This document shows positions 9,762-21,410 of a DNA stretch of 64,000 nucleotides, in pieces. Source of the stretch: Tissierella sp. (lineage in GTDB: Bacteria > Bacillota > Clostridia > Tissierellales > Tissierellaceae); the NCBI GenBank assembly GCA_029266915.1, contig JARIEF010000035.1, forward strand, positions 20,018-84,017, in the 5' to 3' direction. The position numbers and the translations under genes were made by a program. Each line of letters opens with the position of its first letter. The stretch's first letter is position 1. The notes beneath the pieces are model-generated. The model saw nothing but the letters and a program-made list of their open reading frames with translations. It ran no database searches and was not told the DNA's origin.

Positions 9762-10907
9762 ATGTATGAAATAGTAAAAGATTTTCCTAATGATTTAATA
9801 TTCGAAAAGGAAGGACCATTTATGAGTCTTTATCAACCTACTCATAAAACAAGTCCTGAAAACGAACAGGATCCAATTAGATTCAGAAATCTAGTTCAAA
9901 ATCTAGAGAATTCATTAAAAAAAGAATATCCAGAGGAAGTAGAGGAGCTTTTAAAACCTTTTAGACAAATAGAAAACGATAAAGAGTTTTGGATAAATGC
10001 AAGCGAAGGTCTGGCAATTTTGGCAAATAAAGATAAATGCATAGTATATAAGTTAAATAGAACAGTTGACGAGTTTTCTGTAGTGGCAAGCAGTTTTCAT
10101 ATAAAGCCGCTTATAAGAAACTTCCAATCTGATGATAAGTATCATGTTCTAGGCATAACCAGGGATGACTTTAATATCTATGAAGGAAACAGGTATGGCA
10201 TAGAGATGATAGAAATAGATGAAGATACTCCAAAAACTTTGACAGAAGTATTGGGAGATCAATATACAGATCCTCACCTTCATACAGGAAGATATAGTGG
10301 AGGGAGTACAGGTGCACCTGTTTTCCATGGTCAAGGCGGCAAGAAAGATGAAGTAGAGATAGATACAGAAAGATATTTTAGATATATTGATAAATTTATA
10401 ATGGATAATTTTTCTACTCAAATGAAACTGCCTCTTATGTTGGTAGCTCTTGATGAACACCAAGGTGAGTTTAGAAATATTAGTAAAAACAACTATCTGT
10501 TAGAAGAAAAAGTAAGTAAAGATCCTGAAGCACTTCCTAGAGAAGAAATCAGAAAACTTACATGGGAGCAGATGGAACCTATATATATTAAAAAAACAAC
10601 AGATATGGTTGAGAGATATGGTCTTCAAAAGTCCAAGTTTTTAGGTTCAGATGATTTAGCAGAAATTGCTAGAGCAGCTCTTGAGGGAAGAATAGATACA
10701 CTTATGATAGAATCTGGACGAGTAGAAGCAGGAAGGGTAAATAGAAAAACAGGTGAAATTGAAAGAGAAGCTATAGAAAACCCTGAAATTGATGATATTT
10801 TAGACGATATAGGAGAAATGGCACTTAAATCCAATAGTGAAGTAGTAATTTTACCAAAAGAAAGGATGCCAAGTGAAACAGGTATAGCAGCGATATTTAG
10901 ATATTAA
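9762..10907 (+). CDS. baeRF-family (bacterial aeRF1/Pelota-like) protein
   Basis: SLYQPTH...DPIRFRNL N-terminus, FHIKPL, HGQGG loop and C-terminal GIAAIFRY typical of aeRF1-like proteins. Confidence 0.75.
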   Translation: MYEIVKDFPNDLIFEKEGPFMSLYQPTHKTSPENEQDPIRFRNLVQNLENSLKKEYPEEVEELLKPFRQIENDKEFWINASEGLAILANKDKCIVYKLNRTVDEFSVVASSFHIKPLIRNFQSDDKYHVLGITRDDFNIYEGNRYGIEMIEIDEDTPKTLTEVLGDQYTDPHLHTGRYSGGSTGAPVFHGQGGKKDEVEIDTERYFRYIDKFIMDNFSTQMKLPLMLVALDEHQGEFRNISKNNYLLEEKVSKDPEALPREEIRKLTWEQMEPIYIKKTTDMVERYGLQKSKFLGSDDLAEIARAALEGRIDTLMIESGRVEAGRVNRKTGEIEREAIENPEIDDILDDIGEMALKSNSEVVILPKERMPSETGIAAIFRY

Positions 10908-11169
10908 GACGTATATTAGATTTATAATACAGTCTATAAATAAAAATAAAACTTAGAGAAATAATCTTAAAAAGTTTAAGCATTAAGGTATTGTATTTAA
11001 CAATACTAAATTTGCTTAAACTTTTTTTAGAGCAGAGAAGAACAAGGAAAATAATAATATTTAATATAATTGTTTTACTCTTGAATTATCAGGTATAAAT
11101 TATATAAATACTATTTAAAGATACAGGTAAAAATAAATGAATATAAAATAAATTTGGGAGGAAAACATC

Positions 11170-12042
11170 ATGAAATGGCAAGGAAGAAGGAGAAGTTCGA
11201 ATGTAGAAGACAGAAGAAGTAGCGGCTCAAGTGGAGGGGGCGGAAGAGGACTTGCCATGGGCGGCGGCGGACTGGGCCTTATAATAATGATAGTGCTTGT
11301 TTTAATGGGCGGGGGAAATCTAGGAGATGTATTGGGAAACATTACAGGAGGAGGCGGAGGAGGAGGTCCTCAAGCTCCTTATGTAGAGACTGAACAAGAC
11401 AAGGAGCTTATGGAATTTGTAGAAGTAGTTTTAGCTGATACAGAAGATGTATGGGGAGAAGTGTTTAGAAAAAATGGCATGCAATATAAGAAACCAACTC
11501 TTGTAGTATTCAGCGGCACTGTTCAATCCGCCTGTGGCATGGCGGGAGCTGCAACAGGACCATTTTATTGTCCGCCGGATGAGAAATTATATATAGATTT
11601 AAGTTTTTATAATGATTTAAGCAGAAAATATGGGGCTCCTGGAGACTTTGCAATGGCTTATGTAGTAGCACATGAAGTAGGACACCATGTACAAAATCTA
11701 CTTGGAATAACAGATCAGATGCAGGAACTCAGACAAAAAGTAAGTGAAAAAGAATATAATAAGCTTTCAGTAAAATTAGAACTTCAGGCAGACTATTTAG
11801 CAGGAGTATGGGCTCATTATGAAGCAGACCTGGGGAGACTCGATGAAGGAGATATACAAGAAGCATTAGATGCAGCAAGCGCTGTGGGCGATGATAGACT
11901 ACAAAAGCAAGCTACAGGTAGAGTCACACCTGATAGTTTTACTCATGGAACTTCAGAGCAGAGGATGGAGTGGTTTTACAAAGGATATAAACTTGGGACT
12001 TTAGATGGCGGAGACACATTTAATGATAAGAGTCTAAGGTAA
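11170..12042 (+). CDS. Neutral zinc metallopeptidase, YpfJ family
   Basis: RRSSNVEDRR N-terminus, GPFYCP, AHEVGHHVQ (HExxH), ELQAD, FTHGTS. Confidence 0.9.
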   Translation: MKWQGRRRSSNVEDRRSSGSSGGGGRGLAMGGGGLGLIIMIVLVLMGGGNLGDVLGNITGGGGGGGPQAPYVETEQDKELMEFVEVVLADTEDVWGEVFRKNGMQYKKPTLVVFSGTVQSACGMAGAATGPFYCPPDEKLYIDLSFYNDLSRKYGAPGDFAMAYVVAHEVGHHVQNLLGITDQMQELRQKVSEKEYNKLSVKLELQADYLAGVWAHYEADLGRLDEGDIQEALDAASAVGDDRLQKQATGRVTPDSFTHGTSEQRMEWFYKGYKLGTLDGGDTFNDKSLR

Positions 12043-12294
12043 TAAATGGGGCAAGAAATTACTCGCCATAGTAAAGTATTAAAAAAGATGTTGAAAACTA
12101 GCTAAAGATTCAGAAATATTTTTTCTTAAATCAACAAACTTAAAAATTGGATTGCCTATTCTTAAAATAAGAAGCTGCAGAAAATATAAATCTTTTCTGC
12201 AGCTTCTTTCAATATGTAGTAAAATGATATATAGATGAATTAAATAAAATTCCATGGTTAAATTATTGCCACAGAAAAATAGGAGAGTATTTTA

Positions 12295-12765
12295 ATGAAA
12301 AATTTATATTATTATGATACAATGCTTGGAGTAGTCGGGATTATGGATAATGGAAAAGAAATAATAGAAGTCTTTTATGGTGATAAAAAGATAGAGGATG
12401 CAAATATATATGAAAGCACGCTTATAAAAGAAGCTTGCAGACAGATAAATCTTTTTTTAGAAGGAAAAATTAAAGCTTTTGATCTTCCAATTTATTTTAA
12501 AGGCACTGAGTTTCAAATGAAGGTTTGGAATGCTCTTAGAGATATTCCCTATGGAGAGACCAAAAGTTATAAAGATATAGCTGAAAAAGTTGGAAGTCCT
12601 AAGGCATATAGAGCAGTAGGTATGACAAATAATAAAAATCCCATATCAATAATAATCCCATGCCATAGAGTTATAGGAGCAAATGGAAAATTAGTAGGAT
12701 ATGGAGGGGGTATTGATATTAAAGAAAAACTTCTTGAATTAGAGAGAGTTAAAGCAGAAGATTAA
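12295..12765 (+). CDS. ogt: Methylated-DNA--protein-cysteine methyltransferase
   Basis: IPCHRVIG active-site motif. Confidence 0.93.
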   Translation: MKNLYYYDTMLGVVGIMDNGKEIIEVFYGDKKIEDANIYESTLIKEACRQINLFLEGKIKAFDLPIYFKGTEFQMKVWNALRDIPYGETKSYKDIAEKVGSPKAYRAVGMTNNKNPISIIIPCHRVIGANGKLVGYGGGIDIKEKLLELERVKAED

Positions 12766-12815
12766 AAAATACATAAGTATAAAATTATAAAAACGATATA
12801 ACAAAGGAGAAAATA

Positions 12816-13637
12816 ATGACTTTTTTAGAAACGATAAAGATAATTATACTTGGAATAGTTGAAGGGATAACAGAATGGTTACCAGTAAGTAGTACAGGGC
12901 ACATGATACTAGTAGATGAGTTTATAAAATTAAATATAACAGCAGAATTTAAAGAGATGTTTTTTGTAGTAATTCAGCTGGGAGCAATAATGGCAGTTGT
13001 ACTTCTTTTTTTCAATAAATTAAATCCTTTTTCACCAAAAAAAGATTCAATAGAAAAGAAAGAGACTTGGACTCTATGGTTTAAAGTAATAGTTGCTATA
13101 GTTCCTGCAGGCCTTATAGGTTACTTATTTGATGATTGGATAAATGAAAGATTTTATAATTATAAAACGGTAGCTGTAACTTTGATTCTCTATGGTGTAT
13201 TTTTTATATGGATAGAAAATAGAAACAAGGGACAAACTGCTAAAATAGATACTTTAAAGAAACTTGATTATAAAACATCTTTTTTAATTGGAGTATTTCA
13301 AGTTTTATCTCTTATACCAGGAACATCAAGGTCAGGAGCGACTATAGTTGGAGCTATGCTTCTAGGAACATCAAGGTATATTGCAGCAGAATTTACTTTC
13401 TTCTTAGCTATACCAGTTATGTTTGGAGCAAGTCTTCTCAAGATTCGAAAATTTGGTTTTAGCTTTACAGGCATAGAAATATATACTCTAACACTTGGTA
13501 CTGTAGTTTCTTTTGTAGTCTCTATATTTACTATTAAATTTTTAATGAGCTATATCAAGAAAAATGATTTTAAAGCTTTTGGATACTATAGAATAGCACT
13601 TGGAATTTTAGTCTTATTATATTTTGCTCTAAGATAA
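12816..13637 (+). CDS. uppP: Undecaprenyl-diphosphate phosphatase (BacA)
   Basis: [14 protein letters not shown] and [10 protein letters not shown] motifs. Confidence 0.95.
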   Translation: MTFLETIKIIILGIVEGITEWLPVSSTGHMILVDEFIKLNITAEFKEMFFVVIQLGAIMAVVLLFFNKLNPFSPKKDSIEKKETWTLWFKVIVAIVPAGLIGYLFDDWINERFYNYKTVAVTLILYGVFFIWIENRNKGQTAKIDTLKKLDYKTSFLIGVFQVLSLIPGTSRSGATIVGAMLLGTSRYIAAEFTFFLAIPVMFGASLLKIRKFGFSFTGIEIYTLTLGTVVSFVVSIFTIKFLMSYIKKNDFKAFGYYRIALGILVLLYFALR

Positions 13638-13709
13638 GTTAAAAAAATAAATACAAAAATAAATACAAAAATAAAAATAAGTATAAAAATTATATATGTA
13701 ATATAGAAT

Positions 13710-13764
13710 ATATAGAAGAAATATAGAAGAAATATAGAAGAAATATAGAAGAAATATAGAAGAA
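13710..13764. repeat. Tandem repeat, 5 x ATATAGAAGAA (11 bp)
   Basis: Five exact copies in the uppP-GerMN intergenic region. Confidence 0.9.
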
Positions 13765-13900
13765 ATAAATTATTTAAAAATATATTAGCACAAGTATAAT
13801 AGAAGTAGAAATATACAATAAAAGAAAATTAATTAAGTAATTAGACAAAAAAAGTTATGGAAGGTAAATTTCCATAACTTTTTTATATGTTTACTTTTAT

Positions 13901-14533
13901 TTATTTTCCTTGGAAGGGTTGATCAATGGTAACGTGTCCCATAAGTGAATCGGCTTCTTTTCCATCAACAAGGAACTGTACTTTTTGGATTCCTTCAAGA
14001 TTAGTTAAAGTTTCTACTATCTGTTCAATTGTAAGAGTTTCTTGAAGAGATGCACCTGATAGACCAGCACTTGCAAAATCTACAGTAGCCATATCTTCCA
14101 TAACTTTTACACTCAATAAATTTAAAGTTTCAGGGATACCTGTAGTTAAATCTTCTCCTTCAGGACCTTTTAAAAGTTCTCTTACAATAGCTTCTTCAAA
14201 GTTTGTATCTTGGTAAATAATCATTCTTTTTTCAGTTTTAAGATGATCTAAAGACTCATCTCCTGTTTCTACATATTCAAGATTTGCAAAGTAAAGATCT
14301 GCTTCTTTTTCTTTAGCTTCTTCCACAACTTCTTCCTCAGGTTCTTTCTCAGGTTCTTCCTCAGGCTCTTCTTCTGGTTCTTCTTCAAGAGGATCTTCAT
14401 CCTTAATTTCTTCATCAGTACCTTCAACTGGTGTAGTGCCGGGATCTATTGGTGTATTATTTTCCTCCGGTGCACAAGCTGCTAGAGAAACTGTTAGAAA
14501 AAATATTAAAAATATTGAAAGAATTTTTTTCAT
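13901..14533 (-). CDS. GerMN-domain lipoprotein
   Basis: Lipobox LAAC, acidic EEEP-repeat linker, ELLKGP...VQFLVDG GerMN core. Confidence 0.8.
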   Translation of the reverse strand: MKKILSIFLIFFLTVSLAACAPEENNTPIDPGTTPVEGTDEEIKDEDPLEEEPEEEPEEEPEKEPEEEVVEEAKEKEADLYFANLEYVETGDESLDHLKTEKRMIIYQDTNFEEAIVRELLKGPEGEDLTTGIPETLNLLSVKVMEDMATVDFASAGLSGASLQETLTIEQIVETLTNLEGIQKVQFLVDGKEADSLMGHVTIDQPFQGK

Positions 14534-14635
14534 TTCAAGCCACTCCTTTATTGTTCTTATTTATAAGATTACACTAACTTATAGATATATACTACAACAA
14601 AATAAACAAAAAAACAAGGGTCCAAGGACCCCCGT

Positions 14636-15235
14636 TTATATAAGCTTAGAGTAGAACTCTACTATTAGCTGATCTTCTATTTCTATTGGAACTTCTTCTC
14701 TTTCCGGCATACGAACTAAAGTAGCAGAAAAATTATCTTCATCTTTTTCAAGATATGGGAAACTATTTAAAAAGCTGTTTTGGAAATTATCTTTAAACAT
14801 TTCGGTGGTTCTTGATTTTTCTCTAAGAGTCAATTTGTCTCCTGGATTTACTCGGTGAGAAGGTATATTTACCTTGTTACCGTTTAATAATATATGTCCA
14901 TGAACAACCATCTGTCTTGCTTGTCTGATAGAAGAGGCAAATCCCATTCTATAAGTTAAGTTATCAAGTCTAGTTTCAAGTGCTTTAACAAGAGCTGTAC
15001 CAGTAAGTTCTGGTGATTTCATTGCTCGCTCTACGTATTTAACAAACTGTCCTTCCATAACACCATAATATGCTCTTAATCTTTGTTTTTCTAAAAGTTG
15101 TTTACCATATTCTGTTAATTTTTTGTCTGCTCTGGAAGTACCTTTTCCGGCTCTATCCATTGCTTTTGGGTGTCCATATACGTTTAATCCTAATCTTCTA
15201 GATTTTTTAAATCTAGGTCCCATCATTTTAGCCAT
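14636..15235 (-). CDS. rpsD: 30S ribosomal protein S4, Cys-free stand-alone copy
   Basis: [23 protein letters not shown] and [10 protein letters not shown] motifs; no Cys; SD GGAG before ATG 15235; not in the alpha operon. Confidence 0.95.
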   Translation of the reverse strand: MAKMMGPRFKKSRRLGLNVYGHPKAMDRAGKGTSRADKKLTEYGKQLLEKQRLRAYYGVMEGQFVKYVERAMKSPELTGTALVKALETRLDNLTYRMGFASSIRQARQMVVHGHILLNGNKVNIPSHRVNPGDKLTLREKSRTTEMFKDNFQNSFLNSFPYLEKDEDNFSATLVRMPEREEVPIEIEDQLIVEFYSKLI

Positions 15236-15289
15236 ATTTTCTTCATCTCCTAAATTATTTGCCGCGGATAATTTAAGCCTTACCAAAAA

Positions 15290-15318
15290 ATTATAACATA
15301 AATCTATATCATTGTAAA
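15290..15318 (-). promoter_or_regulatory. SigA-type promoter of rpsD
   Basis: TTTACA-N17-TATAAT with TGn extension on the minus strand. Confidence 0.7.
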
Positions 15319-15321
15319 TGG

Positions 15322-15344
15322 TAAATGATAATTGTTATCATTTA
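15322..15344. promoter_or_regulatory. Fur-family (Fur/Zur) operator
   Basis: TAAATGATAA-TTG-TTATCATTTA palindrome with a TGATAAT-N-GTTATCA 7-1-7 core. Confidence 0.75.
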
Positions 15345-15434
15345 ATTTTTTTATAAATTGAAATCCCATTATTGCATGATTTTTTTATTGAATCCTGTTA
15401 TAATGGGATTAGTATATAGGAGAGGGGAAATATT

Positions 15435-15854
15435 ATGATAGATATAGATATTGCAAAAAAATTACTTAAGAAAGAAGATTATACTTTAGTAGCAGTAAAG
15501 GATGGAGAAGTCTTATTTACATCTAGAGAAAAAGGAATAAAACCCATGTACACATTAGTAAAAACTATGAAAGAAAAAGCATTTGGAGCATCTATTGCAG
15601 ACAGAGTCATAGGAAGGGGAGCTGCATTATTATCTCAATATTTAAGTGTTAAAGAGGTATATGCTAATCTTATTTCTAAGAGTGCTATAGAAGTATTTAA
15701 AACTCAAAACATACAATATAGTTTTTTAGAAAGTTGTGATTCAATTAAAAATAGAGATCAAACTGGACTTTGTCCTATAGAGACGATATCTTTAGATTTA
15801 ACTGATCCATTAGAGTTTATAAAAGAGTTAGAAATGTTTTTTAAATCAAAATAA
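15435..15854 (+). CDS. DUF1893 (TM1506-like) protein
   Basis: ADRVIGRGAA and IKNRDQTGLCPIE motifs. Confidence 0.8.
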   Translation: MIDIDIAKKLLKKEDYTLVAVKDGEVLFTSREKGIKPMYTLVKTMKEKAFGASIADRVIGRGAALLSQYLSVKEVYANLISKSAIEVFKTQNIQYSFLESCDSIKNRDQTGLCPIETISLDLTDPLEFIKELEMFFKSK

Positions 15855-15865
15855 GGAGGGTTTTT

Positions 15866-16399
15866 ATGAACTATAGAACTAATACTACTAATATAGTTAT
15901 AGCTGGGCTTATGATTGCGCTAGGACTTATAATACCGACGATATTTCATGCAGCAGGAATGGGAGGAAAAGTATTTCTGCCCATGCATATTCCAGTGTTA
16001 TTAGCAGGTTTTTTACTACCGCCGATTTATGCTCTTTTAGTGGGAATGGCAACGCCTATTATAAGTAGTTTATTAACCGGAATGCCGCCTATATTTCCCA
16101 TGGCTATTATAATGATGTTTGAATTAGGAACTTATGCAATCATAGCATCTTTTCTTTATAGAAAACTTAGGATTCCCCTTATCATATCTTTGATTTTATC
16201 TATGATATCCGGAAGGGCTATGGCAGGGCTAGTAGTATATATACTTACTCTTGCATTTAGTGTTCAAGGTCTAGGAGACCCTATAATATTTTTAAAGGCA
16301 GGAGCAATACTAGCAATTCCTGGAATAATTATCCAAATTATTCTGATACCAATACTGATGCATGGCATCAACAGATATACAACTATTAACTTAGATTAG
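15866..16399 (+). CDS. ECF transporter S component
   Basis: 177 aa, about 6 [14 protein letters not shown] and GMPP motifs. Confidence 0.8.
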   Translation: MNYRTNTTNIVIAGLMIALGLIIPTIFHAAGMGGKVFLPMHIPVLLAGFLLPPIYALLVGMATPIISSLLTGMPPIFPMAIIMMFELGTYAIIASFLYRKLRIPLIISLILSMISGRAMAGLVVYILTLAFSVQGLGDPIIFLKAGAILAIPGIIIQIILIPILMHGINRYTTINLD

Positions 16400-16410
16400 G
16401 AGATGAACTA

Positions 16411-17700
16411 TTGAATATATTAATAAAAGGAATAGATATAATTCCTGTAAATGGCAAGGAAGATACAATTAAAGATACTAATTTATATATAGAAGAGGGA
16501 ATTATTAGTCATATCGGAGCTTTAATAGAAGGAAAGACTATAGAAAAAACTATAGATGGAAAAAATAAACTACTTATGCCTGGACTTATAAATGCTCATA
16601 CACACTTAGGAATGAGTTTACTTAGAAATTTTGCAGATGATATGAATTTAAATGACTGGCTTACTAAAAAGATATGGCCAATGGAAGATAAGTTAAATGG
16701 AGAAGATGTATACTGGGGATCTCTTTTAAGTATGAGCGAGATGATAATGAGTGGAACTACTTCATTTTGTGATATGTACTTTTTTATGGATGAGGTAGGA
16801 CGAGCTTTAGAAACTTCTGGAATGAGGGGAGTTTTAACAAGAGGAATGATAGAAGATCCTAAGAATCAAATTGAAAAGCTAAATGATACAAAAGATTTAT
16901 TTAAAAAATGGAATAATACTTTAAATGAAAGAGTAAAAGTAATGGTAGCGCCTCATGCTCCATACACATGCAGTCCAGAGTTCTTGCTTAAAACTATAGA
17001 ACTATCAAAAGAACTCGATACAGGAATTCATATTCATCTTTCAGAAACCAAGAGCGAACTGGAAAACAGCTTAAAAGATTTTGGTAAAAGTCCTATAGAA
17101 CATATGCATGACCTAGGAATGTTTAAGAGACATACTATAGCCGCTCATTGTGTTCATGTAAGTGATAAGGATATAGAAATTTTAGCTAAAAACAAGGTTT
17201 ATCCAGTAAATAACCCTGCTAGCAATTTAAAACTTGCTTCAGGCTTTGCTCCTATATCTAAGATGCTTAAGAAAGGAATAAAAGTTTCCTTAGGAACTGA
17301 CGGAGCATCGAGCAATAATAATTTAGATATGTTTAAGGAGTTAAACTTAGCATCTTTAATAAATAAAGCAGTAGACCTAGACCCCTTATCAGTTCCTGCA
17401 AATCAGGCGATAGAGATGGCAACTATAAACGGCGCTTATGCACTGGGTCAAGATAAAGAAATAGGCTCGATAGAAGTAGGTAAAAAGGCAGATATGATCC
17501 TAATAGATATGGATGCTCCGCATCTTTATCCAAAACATAATCAGCTCTCAGCTATTAGTTATAGTGTAAGTGGCTCAGATGTAGATACAGTAATTATAGA
17601 TGGTAAGTTAGTAATGGAAAATAGACAATTGAAAACAATGGATATAGAAAAGATTAAATATATGGCAGAAAATAGAACTCGAGATTTAATAAGGAGATAA
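16411..17700 (+). CDS. mtaD: Amidohydrolase, 5'-methylthioadenosine/SAH deaminase-like
   Basis: NAHTH, APHAPYT, HIHLSE, AAHCVH and GTDGASSNN motifs. Confidence 0.8.
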   Translation: MNILIKGIDIIPVNGKEDTIKDTNLYIEEGIISHIGALIEGKTIEKTIDGKNKLLMPGLINAHTHLGMSLLRNFADDMNLNDWLTKKIWPMEDKLNGEDVYWGSLLSMSEMIMSGTTSFCDMYFFMDEVGRALETSGMRGVLTRGMIEDPKNQIEKLNDTKDLFKKWNNTLNERVKVMVAPHAPYTCSPEFLLKTIELSKELDTGIHIHLSETKSELENSLKDFGKSPIEHMHDLGMFKRHTIAAHCVHVSDKDIEILAKNKVYPVNNPASNLKLASGFAPISKMLKKGIKVSLGTDGASSNNNLDMFKELNLASLINKAVDLDPLSVPANQAIEMATINGAYALGQDKEIGSIEVGKKADMILIDMDAPHLYPKHNQLSAISYSVSGSDVDTVIIDGKLVMENRQLKTMDIEKIKYMAENRTRDLIRR

Positions 17701-17871
17701 GTTTTATATTATTATAATAATTTTAGGGGTAAATATTATCTTAGTATAATATCTTATCTATGTTAAATAGATTTAAGATAGACTCTTGGTCTGGTAAAAT
17801 ATATAGAAACAGGGTATAGTATAGATAGATATTGGATAAAAATTTAATTATAGAAAGGGTAGATTACTTTT

Positions 17872-19842
17872 ATGAATATGGATAATTTAACTATTAATAC
17901 GCTTAGAATATTATCAGCAGAAGCAGTAGAAAAAGCAAATTCAGGTCACCCAGGACTTCCATTAGGAGCAGCTCCTATGGCTTATGCCTTATGGGGAAAG
18001 GCTATGAATCATGACTCTAAAAACCCTAATTGGATAAATAGAGATAGATTTATTCTTTCAGCAGGACATGGCTCAGCACTGCTTTATTCACTACTTCATG
18101 TGTTTGATTATGGAGTAACTAAAGAAGACCTAGAGAACTTCAGACAACTTGGAAGCAATACTCCAGGTCATCCTGAGTATGGTCATACTGTTGGTATTGA
18201 AACAACTACAGGACCTCTTGGTCAAGGGCTTGCAAATTCAGTTGGAATGGCTATGGCTGAAGCACACCTAGCCGAAATATTTAATACAGAAGATGAAAAA
18301 ATAATAGACCACTACACCTATGTAATATGCGGAGATGGAGATATGATGGAGGGAGTAGGGTATGAAGCTACTTCACTTGCTGGAACTCTTGGACTTGGAA
18401 AATTAATAGTTTTATATGATTCTAACTCTATAACTATAGAAGGTGGTACCGATCTTGCTTTTAGAGAAGACGTAGTGAAAAGATTTGATGCACAAGGATG
18501 GGAAACATTAGAGGTAGAAGATGGAAATGATCTAGAGAAGATTTATGAAGCAGTAGAAAAAGCTAAATCCAATCTGAACAAACCAACAATGATAAAAATA
18601 ACTACAGAAATAGGCTTTGGAAGCCCTGCTAATCAAGGGAAAAATTCAGCCCATGGAGCGCCTCTTGGAGCAGAAGATTTAAAAGGAACAAAAGAGTTTT
18701 ATAATTGGACTGAAGAAGATTTTGTAGTTCCTAGTGATGTTAAAAAACATATGGAAACAATATTGAAAAAAGGAAACAGTTCATTTAAAGATTGGGAAAA
18801 ACTATATGAAAATTATAAGAAAAACAATCCAGAACTAGCTAAAAAATTCGAAAGTTATATGGATTTAGAGCTTCCAATGGATTATTTAGATTCTGAAGAA
18901 TTCTGGAGTTTTGATAAAGATGTATCTACTAGAGTAGCATCGGGAACTATAATAAATAGATTATCTCCAAAATTACCAAACCTAATTGGAGGTTCAGCTG
19001 ACTTAGCTCCTTCAAATAACACTTATATGAAGGATAGAAAAGACTTTTCAAAAGAAAACTACGGCGGAACTAACTTAAGATTTGGAGTTAGAGAACATGC
19101 TATGGCAGCAGCTGTAAATGGACTATATCTTCATGGAGGACTTAGACCTTATGGCGGAACTTTCTTCATATTCTCAGACTATATGAAGCCTTCTATGAGA
19201 CTTTCAGCTCTTATGGAGATACCAGTAACCTATATCCTAACTCATGACAGCATTGGAGTTGGAGAAGATGGACCTACTCATCAGCCAGTTGAACAATTAG
19301 CTATGTTTAGAGCTCTTCCAAACTTTAACATATATAGACCATGTGATGCTAGAGAAACAGCAGCAGCTTGGTACTCAGCTCTTACAAGTGAGAAAACACC
19401 AACTGGACTTGCTCTTACTAGACAAAACTTACCACTTCTTGAAGGAACTGGTAAAGAAGCTCTTAAGGGTGGATATATAGTTAAAAAGGAGAAAAAAGAT
19501 TTACAAATGATACTTTTAGCATCTGGAAGTGAAGTTCAACTTGTATATGAAGCTGCAGATAAACTAGAAGAAAAAGGTATTGGAACTAGAGTTGTTAGTA
19601 TGCCTTGCTTTAGTATATTTGATAAACAAAGCAAAGAATACAAAGAAGAAGTACTTCCAAAATCTGTGACTAAAAGACTAGCTATAGAAGCAGGAAGTGA
19701 ACTTGGATGGTATAAATATGTAGGATTAGATGGAGAAATTATAGCTATGCAAAGCTTTGGAGCATCGGGACCTGGAGACCAATTATTTGATAAATTTGGT
19801 TTTACAGTAGAAAATGTATTGGAAAAAGCTTTACAACTATAG
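17872..19842 (+). CDS. tkt: Transketolase
   Basis: SGHPG, GDGDMMEG and THDSIGVGEDGPTHQP motifs. Confidence 0.97.
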   Translation: MNMDNLTINTLRILSAEAVEKANSGHPGLPLGAAPMAYALWGKAMNHDSKNPNWINRDRFILSAGHGSALLYSLLHVFDYGVTKEDLENFRQLGSNTPGHPEYGHTVGIETTTGPLGQGLANSVGMAMAEAHLAEIFNTEDEKIIDHYTYVICGDGDMMEGVGYEATSLAGTLGLGKLIVLYDSNSITIEGGTDLAFREDVVKRFDAQGWETLEVEDGNDLEKIYEAVEKAKSNLNKPTMIKITTEIGFGSPANQGKNSAHGAPLGAEDLKGTKEFYNWTEEDFVVPSDVKKHMETILKKGNSSFKDWEKLYENYKKNNPELAKKFESYMDLELPMDYLDSEEFWSFDKDVSTRVASGTIINRLSPKLPNLIGGSADLAPSNNTYMKDRKDFSKENYGGTNLRFGVREHAMAAAVNGLYLHGGLRPYGGTFFIFSDYMKPSMRLSALMEIPVTYILTHDSIGVGEDGPTHQPVEQLAMFRALPNFNIYRPCDARETAAAWYSALTSEKTPTGLALTRQNLPLLEGTGKEALKGGYIVKKEKKDLQMILLASGSEVQLVYEAADKLEEKGIGTRVVSMPCFSIFDKQSKEYKEEVLPKSVTKRLAIEAGSELGWYKYVGLDGEIIAMQSFGASGPGDQLFDKFGFTVENVLEKALQL

Positions 19843-20046
19843 GAGATATATTTATATTTTTAATAGCTAGTAAAAAATAGTGATAAGAAAAGTTATATTA
19901 TATTTTACTATTATTAGGTATATAATATGAAAGATAGAATTTAATAAATCTACTTCTAGAGTTTTGGAAGTAGATTTATTTTATAATTATTTAAGCTTAA
20001 TTTATAATTAGATTTTATAATTAAATTGAATGTTGGATATAAATAC

Positions 20047-20092
20047 AGAAAAAGTCCTAATAAAATAATCTTATTTTATTAGGACTTTTTCT
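20047..20092. terminator. Bidirectional intrinsic terminator between tkt and mnmA
   Basis: Perfect 22-bp inverted repeat AGAAAAAGTCCTAATAAAATAA. Confidence 0.75.
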
Positions 20093-20113
20093 ATATTCTT
20101 TTTCATGGTAAAA

Positions 20114-21277
<1,164 letters not shown>

Positions 21278-21410
21278 CTAAAGCTCCTAGTTTTAAAAGT
21301 ATTTAAAGTTTTAAAGTAAAGCTTTAACTAGGAACTATTGCAGTTTAGCTTAAATAATGTTAAAGTATTGATATATTGAGTTTTTGTAGAGAGGAAGATA
21401 AGATGTATGG

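Noticed and set aside
13710-13764. Possible CRISPR array
   Set aside because: Contiguous 11-bp units with no spacers and no cas genes
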